In this document: positions 26,710-34,648 of the stretch, piece after piece
Position numbering within the stretch: position 1 is the stretch's first letter
Layout: every line of letters starts with the position of its first letter
The notes under the pieces: generated by a model
What the model was told of the DNA's origin: nothing
Seen by the model: only the letters and a program-made list of their open reading frames with translations
The model's database searches: none
From: Gemmatimonadota bacterium
Lineage (GTDB): Bacteria; Gemmatimonadota; Gemmatimonadetes; Longimicrobiales; Longimicrobiaceae
Reading direction: 5' to 3'
NCBI GenBank assembly: GCA_040905395.1
Contig: JBBDRR010000168.1
Location: 6,102 to 70,101 of the forward strand
DNA: 64,000 nt
Translations under genes and position numbers: made by a program

Positions 26710-29300
26710 TGGCCGAGGAGGACCGCACGTTGTTTCTCGGCGCTGCCGCTGCCGAACAGGTCCGGCACGAGATCACCCGTGCCGGGGGAAACGAGGTCTC
26801 GTTCGTGCTCTCGGCGGGTGCGGACGGAGAGCTGGGCGACGCTCGCGTCGTCGCGCGTGGCAACAGTTCCGCGGTGCTCGCCGCCGTCCGCTCGTTCACT
26901 CCGGGCGAGGTCCTGCTGCACAACCACCCCTCCGGGCAGCTCTCTCCCTCCCACGCCGACCTTTCGGTTGCCGAGCGGCTCTGGTCCGAGGGGCTTGGAT
27001 TCGCGATCACCGACAACGAGGCCAGCGAGCTGTACATGGTCGTCGCCCCGCCTCTCGAGCGGCGACTGGAGCCGATCGATCTGGATCAGCTCGAGTCGGA
27101 CCTCGCACCCGGTGGTGCCCTTTCTCGTGCGCACCCGGGGTACGAAGACCGGCCGGACCAGCGCGCTCTGGCGAGACTGGTCGCCCGCCTCTACCAGCGG
27201 GAAGGTATCGGCATGGCCGAGGCGGGCACGGGCATCGGCAAGTCGATCGCCTATCTGCTTCCGGCGATCCGGTGGGCAATTGCAAACCGTGAGCGGACCG
27301 TCGTCTCGACCAACACCATCAATCTCCAGGAGCAGCTGGTCGGGAAGGATCTGCCCTTTCTCCGGGATGCGCTCGGGATCGACTTCCGTTTCGCCCTGGT
27401 CAAGGGACGTAACAACTACGTCTCGATCCGACGTGCGAAGCTGGCCTCGTTGAGCGCCGCGTCGCTCTTCGAGGACGGGCGGGCCGCTGAGCTGCACTCG
27501 ATCGTCGAGTGGGTCGAGGCGACCAGCGACGGCTCGCTGTCCGACCTCCCTTTCCGGCCGTCGCCCGAAGTGTGGGACGAAGTGGCTTCGGAGTCCGACG
27601 TCTGCCTTCGCGCCAGGTGCCCCCACTTCGAGAGCTGCTTCTACCAGCGCTCACGCCGGGACGCGGCTTCGGCCGACATCCTGGTCGTGAACCATCATCT
27701 GCTCTTCGCCGACCTGGCGGTGCGCGAGGCGGCCGGCAACTACTCCGCGCCCGCCGTCCTGCCGCACTACAAGCGTCTCATCCTCGACGAGGCACACAAC
27801 CTCGAGGACACCGCCACCCGACACCTCGGCGCGAGCCTGACCCGCCGCGGCTTCAGCCGGCTGTTGCGTCGCCTGGAGCACCGGGGCAAGGGAGTCCTTC
27901 CGGCACTGGAGAAATCGCTGGGTTCACGATCGCGCGACCTGTTGGTGCAGGGATGCCTCGACCTGGTGCAACAGCGGCTCCGGCCAGAGCTGGAAGGCGC
28001 GTGGAAGCGCGGATCGGGCGTGTTCAGGCACCTCGAGGGGATCGCGCGGTCGGCGCCGGGCGGAATGTTGCGGCTGGAAGATGCCTTCGCGGCTCATCCG
28101 GTCTGGGCGGAGGGCCTGGAGGAGGACCTCGGTGCCACAATCGCGCACCTGGACACGTTGCTGATGGGCCTGAAGACGATTCGCGAGCGCCTCGCGGTGG
28201 ACGAAGACGGCGCGAGCGCGCTGGAGGAGCAGCTTCTCGAGGTGCGTGGTGTCACCAATCGGCTGGAGGCGGCGACGCTGGCGCTGCGCAGCACCCTTCG
28301 TGACGAGCGCGGTGCCCACGAGCTCGTTCGCTGGATCGAGTTCCGAGCGCCCCCGGGCGCCGCGGGGCCCGGCGGCGAAGCGAGGGAGGGCAACGTGGTC
28401 CTGGCGGCAGCGCCGCTCGACCTGGGCGCCGTGCTCCGCGAGTCGTTGTGGGAGCGTGTCCCAACCGTCGCGATGACCTCCGCAACGCTCGCGACCCGGG
28501 AGGGGTTCTCGTTCGCCCGCAACCGCCTCGGCCTGGACGAGGATCTGAAGGTCGAGGAGGCGATCCTTCCGTCTCCTTTCGACTTCTCGCGCCAGGCGCT
28601 GCTCGCCGTACCCCGCGATCTTCCGCTCCCGGGCGGCCCCGAGGAGAGCAGGCACGACACCGCGACCCTGCGCGTCCTCGAGGAGCTCGCCGGCATCACG
28701 GACGGCGGACTCTTCGTACTCTTCACCTCGTACCGCGCCCTGCGGGAGGTGGCGAGAGGGTTCCGTGGCAGCCGGAGCCATTCGAGATGGCCCCTCTTCG
28801 TTCATGGCGAAGCGCCACGCGCGCAGTTGATCGACGGCTTCACCCGCTCCGGCCGGGGCGTGCTGCTCGGGACGGATTCCTTCTGGGAGGGGGTGGACGT
28901 TCCGGGCCACCCATTGCGTGGCATCGTGATCCCGCGGCTGCCGTTCAAGGTGCCCACCGAGCCGGTGACGTCCGCCCGCATAGAGTCCATCGAGTCACGG
29001 GGCGGGAACGCCTTCACTTCCTACATGCTGCCGCACGCCGCGATCCGACTGAAGCAGGGGTTCGGAAGGCTGATCCGCTCGCAGATGGACCGCGGTGGAG
29101 TGGTGATCCTCGACGGGAGGATCGTCACGAAGCGATATGGCGAGTATCTTCTGGAATCCCTGCCTCCGGCACGGGTCGTGGTCGCCCCCTGGTCGGAATG
29201 TCGTGACGAGCTGATCCGCTTCTATCGGGCGGGTGGAGTCGACGCTAGCATGGGGGCACCCGTGACGACCGAACCGAATCCGAGCGAACAGAGCCGATGA
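26709..29300 (+). CDS. DinG/XPD-type superfamily-2 helicase with an N-terminal JAB/MPN+ (RadC-like) domain
   Basis: 863 aa. N-terminus carries [14 protein letters not shown] (JAMM motif) and an upstream GNEVSF Glu. Helicase part has [10 protein letters not shown] (Walker A), [11 protein letters not shown] (DEAH), [13 protein letters not shown] and QGFGRLIRS. Confidence 0.85.
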   Translation: MAEEDRTLFLGAAAAEQVRHEITRAGGNEVSFVLSAGADGELGDARVVARGNSSAVLAAVRSFTPGEVLLHNHPSGQLSPSHADLSVAERLWSEGLGFAITDNEASELYMVVAPPLERRLEPIDLDQLESDLAPGGALSRAHPGYEDRPDQRALARLVARLYQREGIGMAEAGTGIGKSIAYLLPAIRWAIANRERTVVSTNTINLQEQLVGKDLPFLRDALGIDFRFALVKGRNNYVSIRRAKLASLSAASLFEDGRAAELHSIVEWVEATSDGSLSDLPFRPSPEVWDEVASESDVCLRARCPHFESCFYQRSRRDAASADILVVNHHLLFADLAVREAAGNYSAPAVLPHYKRLILDEAHNLEDTATRHLGASLTRRGFSRLLRRLEHRGKGVLPALEKSLGSRSRDLLVQGCLDLVQQRLRPELEGAWKRGSGVFRHLEGIARSAPGGMLRLEDAFAAHPVWAEGLEEDLGATIAHLDTLLMGLKTIRERLAVDEDGASALEEQLLEVRGVTNRLEAATLALRSTLRDERGAHELVRWIEFRAPPGAAGPGGEAREGNVVLAAAPLDLGAVLRESLWERVPTVAMTSATLATREGFSFARNRLGLDEDLKVEEAILPSPFDFSRQALLAVPRDLPLPGGPEESRHDTATLRVLEELAGITDGGLFVLFTSYRALREVARGFRGSRSHSRWPLFVHGEAPRAQLIDGFTRSGRGVLLGTDSFWEGVDVPGHPLRGIVIPRLPFKVPTEPVTSARIESIESRGGNAFTSYMLPHAAIRLKQGFGRLIRSQMDRGGVVILDGRIVTKRYGEYLLESLPPARVVVAPWSECRDELIRFYRAGGVDASMGAPVTTEPNPSEQSR

Positions 29301-29911
29301 ACCTTCCCCGCCCCTCAAAGATCGTGTGCGTCGGTCGAAACTATCTGGAGCACGCGCGCGAGCTCGGCAACACAGTCCCCGACGAACCACTGATCTTCCT
29401 GAAGCCGCCGTCCTCGCTGATCGGCGAGGGTGAGGCGATCGTGTTGCCCCCGCAGTCGGACCAGGTCGAATACGAGGGCGAGATCGCCGTAGTGATCGGC
29501 CGCCGCGCCCGCCACGTATCCGCGGAGGAAGCGTACGACTTCGTGGCGGGATACGTGCCCCTCAACGACGTGACCGCCCGCGACCTTCAGAAGAAGGACG
29601 ACCAGTGGACCCGTGCGAAGGGGTTCGACACGTTCTGCGCCATGGGAACCATCAGACCGGCCGCCGAGGTGGACGCGGACCGGCTGGAGGTCTTCTGCAG
29701 GGTGAACGGTGAGACGAGACAGCACGGCAAAGCCGAGGAGATGGCTTTCTCGATCCCACAGTTGATCGAGTACATCACGTCGATCATGACCCTCGAGCCG
29801 GGCGACGTGATCGCGACGGGTACGCCATCGGGAATCGGGACGCTCAGACCCGGAGACGTGGTGGAGGTGGAGATCCCGGGTGTCGGTAAACTCAGCAACC
29901 CCGTCCGGTGA
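29297..29911 (+). CDS. Fumarylacetoacetate hydrolase (FAH) family protein
   Basis: 204 aa with [25 protein letters not shown] and TGTPSGIG motifs. ATGA overlap with the helicase. Confidence 0.9.
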   Translation: MNLPRPSKIVCVGRNYLEHARELGNTVPDEPLIFLKPPSSLIGEGEAIVLPPQSDQVEYEGEIAVVIGRRARHVSAEEAYDFVAGYVPLNDVTARDLQKKDDQWTRAKGFDTFCAMGTIRPAAEVDADRLEVFCRVNGETRQHGKAEEMAFSIPQLIEYITSIMTLEPGDVIATGTPSGIGTLRPGDVVEVEIPGVGKLSNPVR

Positions 29912-30417
29912 ACCGAACGACCGCCCACCGCAGCCTTGCGATCCTGATCATCACCCTCGTCGCGGCCGACTGGTTGACGAAGCTCTGGATCACGAACGCC
30001 CTCGCCCTGGATCAGACATGGGCGCTGGTGGACGGTTGGCTGTATTTCGTGCGCCGGCAGAACACCGGTGTGGCGTTCAGCCTCTTCGCCGAGCTGCCGG
30101 CCGCATGGCGCGTGCCGATCCTTTCGACGATCAGTCTCGTCGGCATCGCGCTCTTCACCGGCATCGTACGCTCCACACCCGATCGGCTCTCGAGGCTGGC
30201 GGGCGCAGCGGTGATCGCCGGTGCGGTCGGGAATCTGGGCGACCGTCTGCTCACGGGGGGTGTCACCGACTTCGTCCTGCTCACGTTCTTCCCGTACGTC
30301 TTCAACTTCGCGGACGCCGCGATAACGGTGGGCGCGGCGATCCTGATGGTACGTCTGGCCTTCGTCGTGGACGATGGCTCTCTGCCGCCTGCGGTGAGCG
30401 GTCACGGCGCGGCCTGA
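29908..30417 (+). CDS. lspA: Lipoprotein signal peptidase II
   Basis: 169 aa with four TM segments, NTGVAFS and [11 protein letters not shown] motifs. GTGA overlap. Confidence 0.9.
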   Translation: MNRTTAHRSLAILIITLVAADWLTKLWITNALALDQTWALVDGWLYFVRRQNTGVAFSLFAELPAAWRVPILSTISLVGIALFTGIVRSTPDRLSRLAGAAVIAGAVGNLGDRLLTGGVTDFVLLTFFPYVFNFADAAITVGAAILMVRLAFVVDDGSLPPAVSGHGAA

Positions 30418-30430
30418 GCCTCGGCACCAG

Positions 30431-31591
30431 ATGCCTGACCATTCCCGCCGATTCGGGTCGCTGCCGCCGTACCCGCTGGCCGACGTGCCGGCGCTCAAGC
30501 GTGATCTCATCGCCCGTGGTGTGGACGTCATCGACCTGGGCGCAGGCGACGCCGATCTCCCGCCGCCGCCCGCGGCCGTCGAGGCGATGGCCGCCGCGGC
30601 CGCCGACCCGAGGAACTCCCGGTACTCCTTCCAGCTCGGCCTGCCCGCCTTCCGGGAGGAGATCGCCGGCTGGATGAAACGCCGCTTCGGAGTGGTGGTC
30701 GACGCCTACCGGGAGGTGCTGCCCGTCATCGGATCGAAGGAAGGGATCTTTCACCTGCCGTTCGCCTATCTCGACCCGGACGACGTCGCCATCATCCCCG
30801 ACCCGGGCTACCAGGCGTACCTCGGGGGCACGGCCCTCGCCGGCGGTGAACCGTACCTGGTGACGCTTCGCCCCGAGAACGACTTCCTCGTCCCGCTCGA
30901 CGACCTGCCCGCCGACGTCGTCGCCCGCGCGAAGCTGCTCTACCTGAACTATCCGAACAACCCGACGACGGCGTCCGCGCCGGTGGAGTATCTCGCGCGG
31001 GTCGTCGAGTTCTGCCACGCCCACGACATACTGCTCGTTTACGACAATGCGTACTCGGAGATCGGGTTCGACGGGCACGAGCCGCCCTCGATTCTGCAAG
31101 TCGACGGGGCGCGAGAGGTGGCTGTGGAGTACCATTCTATGTCGAAGACGTACAACATGACGGGGTGGCGAGTGGGATGGGCCGTCGGCGCAGAAGGCGC
31201 GATCGCGGCGCTGACCCGGGTGAAGACGTTCAGCGATACCGGACTGCCATACACCGTCCAGCATGCCGCCGCCGCTGCCCTGAGGTCGCATCGGACCTGG
31301 TTGCCGCAAAACGTCGCCACCTTCGAGCGGCGTCGGGATGCAGCGGTCGCTAAGTTGCGGTCGTGCGGCTTCGAGATCACGCCCCCGAAGGCGACGATGT
31401 ACCTCTGGGTACCCATACCCTCCCGGAGGGGCGCCGACGAGTTCGCGCGCCGGCTCCTTCTCGAGCAGGGGGTGGCGGTACTGCCCGGCACCGCGCTCGG
31501 AGCCGGTGGCGAGGGATTCTTCCGGATCGCCCTGACCGTATCCGAGGATCGCCTGGCCGAAGCGATGTCGAGGATCGCCCGAGCCCTGTAA
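30431..31591 (+). CDS. Class I/II PLP-dependent aminotransferase, LL-diaminopimelate aminotransferase-like
   Basis: 386 aa with the LPPYPLADV...VIDLGAGDADLPPP N-terminus, NYPNNPT, and SMSKTYNMTGWRVGW (PLP lysine). Substrate specificity cannot be fixed from the sequence alone. Confidence 0.8.
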   Translation: MPDHSRRFGSLPPYPLADVPALKRDLIARGVDVIDLGAGDADLPPPPAAVEAMAAAAADPRNSRYSFQLGLPAFREEIAGWMKRRFGVVVDAYREVLPVIGSKEGIFHLPFAYLDPDDVAIIPDPGYQAYLGGTALAGGEPYLVTLRPENDFLVPLDDLPADVVARAKLLYLNYPNNPTTASAPVEYLARVVEFCHAHDILLVYDNAYSEIGFDGHEPPSILQVDGAREVAVEYHSMSKTYNMTGWRVGWAVGAEGAIAALTRVKTFSDTGLPYTVQHAAAAALRSHRTWLPQNVATFERRRDAAVAKLRSCGFEITPPKATMYLWVPIPSRRGADEFARRLLLEQGVAVLPGTALGAGGEGFFRIALTVSEDRLAEAMSRIARAL

Positions 31592-31619
31592 CAACCCGAG
31601 GTACTTCTACCACGGGCTG
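31592..31619 (+). repeat. 28-nt hairpin motif CAACCCgAGGTACTTCTACCACGGGCTG, starting immediately after the aminotransferase stop
   Basis: Second copy of the motif at 25041-25068, with the same placement relative to a stop codon. Confidence 0.7.
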
Positions 31620-31676
31620 TTAGAACCAAGAGGTTGCGGTGGGAACACGGCCTGCTGGATCGAGTAGAAAGCTTAC

Positions 31677-32555
31677 ATGACCAGCTCGGGTCTCGCCTCA
31701 CCCCCTCGTGCTGCGCCCTCCCGCGTACACAAGCCGGCGCCGACACCTCCGGAACCGCCTCGGCGGCCGGAGCGTTCGCCGCCTTCCTACGGGCGTATAC
31801 TCGTCTGGTCCCTCGGATTCTCGCTTTTCGTCCATCTCCTGCTCCTCCTGATCTCGCCGACCTTCATCCGCGTCGGACCCCCACCGGGCGCGCCGGCGGC
31901 TCCGCAGGCCGAGCCGTCGCAGGCGTTCGGGGTCGAGATGATCGTGCCGATCCCTTCGGAGAACGCTCCCGATGTGCCCGTCTCGGAGGCGCCGCCGGAG
32001 GATCAGCCGCCGCCGACACCGACTCCGCCGCGAACCGTGGTCCCCGTGCTGCCGGGACCTGGCGGCGGACCGGCGCCTCCGGCCGCCACGCCGCCGTCCG
32101 GAGAACCGGGTGCCACCGACGTTCTTCGCCCGGGCTACCGGGATCCGCGCCTCTACGTCACGCCGGACGAATATCCGGAGCTCCGCAGGACCGAGCACGA
32201 GCGGTACATGGAGCATCTCGAGGCCCGGATCGACGCGGTCAACGACAGTATGGGGATAGCCGCGGCGAGGAACAGCCGCACCTCCGACTGGACCGTCACC
32301 GACCGGGACGGCAACCGGTGGGGCCTCTCGCCCGACGGTCTGCATCTCGGCGGGGTCACCATACCGCGCGCCGTCCTGCCCCTGCCCGCCGCGACCGGCG
32401 ACAACCAGCAGCTCGAGGAGGAGCGCGAGCGTCTGAGAATGCGCGAAGAGATCCAGGACCAGGCGGCGGGGCAGGACCGGGAACGCACGTCCGATGAACG
32501 CATCGAAGCCATTCGCGAACGCCAGGACGAGCTACGGGACGGCGATGGAAGCTAG
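31677..32555 (+). CDS. Hypothetical proline-rich single-pass membrane protein
   Basis: 292 aa. One TM helix (ILVWSLGFSLFVHLLLLLI), a long P/A-rich linker and a charged C-terminus. This frame was chosen over the overlapping Arg-rich ORF at 31634. Confidence 0.6.
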   Translation: MTSSGLASPPRAAPSRVHKPAPTPPEPPRRPERSPPSYGRILVWSLGFSLFVHLLLLLISPTFIRVGPPPGAPAAPQAEPSQAFGVEMIVPIPSENAPDVPVSEAPPEDQPPPTPTPPRTVVPVLPGPGGGPAPPAATPPSGEPGATDVLRPGYRDPRLYVTPDEYPELRRTEHERYMEHLEARIDAVNDSMGIAAARNSRTSDWTVTDRDGNRWGLSPDGLHLGGVTIPRAVLPLPAATGDNQQLEEERERLRMREEIQDQAAGQDRERTSDERIEAIRERQDELRDGDGS

Positions 32556-32583
32556 CTTTTGACAACCTTTTCGCACCGGTGCC

Positions 32584-32599
32584 TGGAACGCGAATTGCA
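32584..32599 (+). promoter_or_regulatory. Candidate sigma-54 (-24/-12) promoter TGGAACgcgaaTTGCA
   Basis: GG and GC have the canonical spacing (TGGCAC-N5-TTGC pattern, one mismatch). It lies about 52 nt before the ATG at 32651. Confidence 0.4.
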
Positions 32600-32650
32600 C
32601 CCTTCGCGGGTAGATTTTCGACTGTATCACCCGTGAAGAACGAGGCCCAG

Positions 32651-33520
32651 ATGAGGGTGTTCCGAGATAGCGACGAAGGACAGTGGGAGCAGGATGTGAT
32701 GAGCTTCGCGCTGGGTGCGGCCGGTGGGCTCGCGCTGGGCGTCCTCCTTTCCCGCGCCGTGGCTCGGCCGCGCATGATCGGCGGTGAGCTCCGTGATCGG
32801 GCGCGTTCGGTCGCGCGGCGGCTCCGCCCGGCTCGTCTCCGCAGGCTCGCCGAGGATCAGGAACTGCTCGACCAGCTCGAGGATACGGTCCTCGGAGCCT
32901 TCCTCGCCGACGAGATCCTCACCGAGCGAGGAGTCGACATCGGTGCGATCAGCCACGGGGTCATCGAGCTCTCGGGTTCGGTGTGGTCGGAGACCGAAGC
33001 GCACCGCGCGGTCAACCTCGCGAACCGGATTCCGGGCGTCCGCACGGTGCTGAACCGCCTCGACATAGAGAGCCCGACCAGCGGCGACTCGCGCTGGAGA
33101 CTGGAGACGGAACGACACGGCGAGACCTTCGTCCACCAGGAGAGCCGTACGGGCGGGATGGGCCGCCGGCGGCAGAGCTTCGAAACGGACCCGGACCGCC
33201 CCGACGACTCCCAGATCCGTCGGGAGGACGCCCTCGCCGCCGCCGATCGCAGCCAGTTCGAGGAGGAAGGGTACGCGCACGAGACGAGCCGGAACACCGA
33301 GAGGCCCGAAGTGCAGTCCACCCGAACCCGGTTCGACGAGGATGAGCTCGACAACCAGGACCCGCACGGCAAGCACGCGAAGGTCACGCTCGATTCGCCA
33401 CAGGAAGCCCTGAACTCGGACGCGCGCGTGGGCGACGGCATGAAGCCGGGAACCCGTCGAAGGATCGAGGAAGCCGACCTGTCCATCGAGGAGCGGCCGC
33501 CGCGCGACAGCGAGGGGTAG
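32651..33520 (+). CDS. BON-domain protein with a highly charged C-terminal tail
   Basis: BON-like segment VIELSGSVWSETEAHRAVNLANRIPGVRTVLNRL after a TM/glycine-zipper segment. The start is uncertain (32579, 32651 or 32699). Confidence 0.7.
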   Translation: MRVFRDSDEGQWEQDVMSFALGAAGGLALGVLLSRAVARPRMIGGELRDRARSVARRLRPARLRRLAEDQELLDQLEDTVLGAFLADEILTERGVDIGAISHGVIELSGSVWSETEAHRAVNLANRIPGVRTVLNRLDIESPTSGDSRWRLETERHGETFVHQESRTGGMGRRRQSFETDPDRPDDSQIRREDALAAADRSQFEEEGYAHETSRNTERPEVQSTRTRFDEDELDNQDPHGKHAKVTLDSPQEALNSDARVGDGMKPGTRRRIEEADLSIEERPPRDSEG

Positions 33521-33542
33521 ACGAGCTGCTCCGACCGGGAAG

Positions 33543-33577
33543 GAGGCGGCAGTCCGAAACGGGCTGCCGCCTCTTCA
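33543..33577 (+). terminator. Hairpin terminator candidate after the BON gene
   Basis: 10-bp stem GAGGCGGCAG/CTGCCGCCTC with an 11-nt loop, followed by TTC only (weak U tract). Confidence 0.5.
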
Positions 33578-33583
33578 CGCGCC

Positions 33584-33613
33584 GTCATCTCGCGCGAAGC
33601 GAGAGATCCGCAC
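33584..33613. repeat. Diverged REP-like unit
   Basis: GTCATCTCGCGCGAAGCGAGAGATCCGCAC. The ends and internal symmetry match the 8116/26272 units. Confidence 0.6.
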
Positions 33614-33669
33614 CTGTGGCTTCGAGGCCGGAGCCGGACGCTCGGCCGCGATCCGGTTGAGCCCGTTGC

Positions 33670-33698
33670 TTGAGACCGTGTCCCCTCGCCGGTAGATT
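33670..33698 (+). promoter_or_regulatory. Candidate sigma-70 promoter (TTGAGA-17 nt-TAGATT)
   Basis: Hexamers at 33670-33675 and 33693-33698, about 45 nt upstream of the yqeY-like ATG. Confidence 0.45.
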
Positions 33699-33742
33699 GA
33701 CCGTTCGATCGATCGCATTCGCCGCAACCCGGAAGAAGCCAG

Positions 33743-34180
33743 ATGGCCCAGACGCTGAAGGAACGGATTCGAGGGGATCTCAACGCGGCTCGGAAGGATC
33801 GCGACCGGTTGCGGACGGCGGTGCTTAGCACCTTCCTCTCTGAGGTGCGGAACCGTGAGATCGAGCTGCAGGAAGACGCGTCCGACCCGGAGATCGAGTC
33901 GCTGCTTACCACTGCGATCAAGCGGCGTCGCGAGGCCGCCGAGCAGATGCGGGCGGGGAACCGAGAGGAACTGGCGGAGAAGGAGGACCAGGAAGCGGTG
34001 ATGCTGCAGAGCTATCTCCCGCCGCAGCTGGAGGAAGCCGAGGTGACGCAGCTCGTCCGCGACGCGATAGCTGGTGGAGCCGCCGACCTTGGATCGGTGA
34101 TGAAGACGGTGATGCCGAAGGTGAAGGGCCGGTTCGAGGGGAAGGAGCTCAACCGGATCGTGCGTTCGGAGCTCGGCTGA
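33743..34180 (+). CDS. GatB/YqeY domain-containing protein
   Basis: 145 aa. The LKERIRGDLNAARKDRD...LSEVRNREIE pattern is typical of YqeY. Confidence 0.85.
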   Translation: MAQTLKERIRGDLNAARKDRDRLRTAVLSTFLSEVRNREIELQEDASDPEIESLLTTAIKRRREAAEQMRAGNREELAEKEDQEAVMLQSYLPPQLEEAEVTQLVRDAIAGGAADLGSVMKTVMPKVKGRFEGKELNRIVRSELG

Positions 34181-34194
34181 GGTCCGAACCTCAG
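34177..34194. terminator. Short bidirectional hairpin CTGAGGT-CCGA-ACCTCAG containing both convergent stop codons
   Basis: 7-bp stem. The TGA of the + gene (34178-34180) and the TGA of the - gene (complement of 34191-34193) sit in opposite arms. No U tract. Confidence 0.3.
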
Positions 34195-34487
34195 ACCCGC
34201 AGCTCCGACAGCGCGTCCAGCACCGGCTCCCGGTTCTGATTCGCCTCCTCGTAGCGAATCATCCGGTCGACCACGTCCGGCTCCAGGTCCGACTCGTCGA
34301 GCCAGTCGAGAAGGGTCTCCTGGTCCATGCCATCGTACCCGAGGACGGGCTCCTCCTCGTCGACCTCCCCTTCGGCGCGCGGCAGCGCCGGCGCCAGCCA
34401 GACGCCGCGCTGCATGTCTCGGAATGCGACCGCGACCACGCCTGCGATCAGACCTGCCAGTAACCACTTCAGTGTATTCATCGTCAT
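34191..34487 (-). CDS. Hypothetical small membrane-anchored acidic protein
   Basis: 98 aa with an N-terminal TM helix (LKWLLAGLIAGVVAVAF) and a D/E-rich tail. ATG start. Confidence 0.55.
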   Translation of the reverse strand: MTMNTLKWLLAGLIAGVVAVAFRDMQRGVWLAPALPRAEGEVDEEEPVLGYDGMDQETLLDWLDESDLEPDVVDRMIRYEEANQNREPVLDALSELRV

Positions 34488-34648
34488 CCGTGCGGGTTCA
34501 GAGCCGGTGTGCGACGGTGCAAGTCCGCTGCCATTGACAACGGCCGCGAAAGGGGGTCGGCCCTCGCCGGTCGGCGGACCTGAACAGGATCCCCCGGTCG
34601 AGTGTACCGAGCCGTCCGGATCTCAGTCGTCCATCCGCCGTTGCAGGA

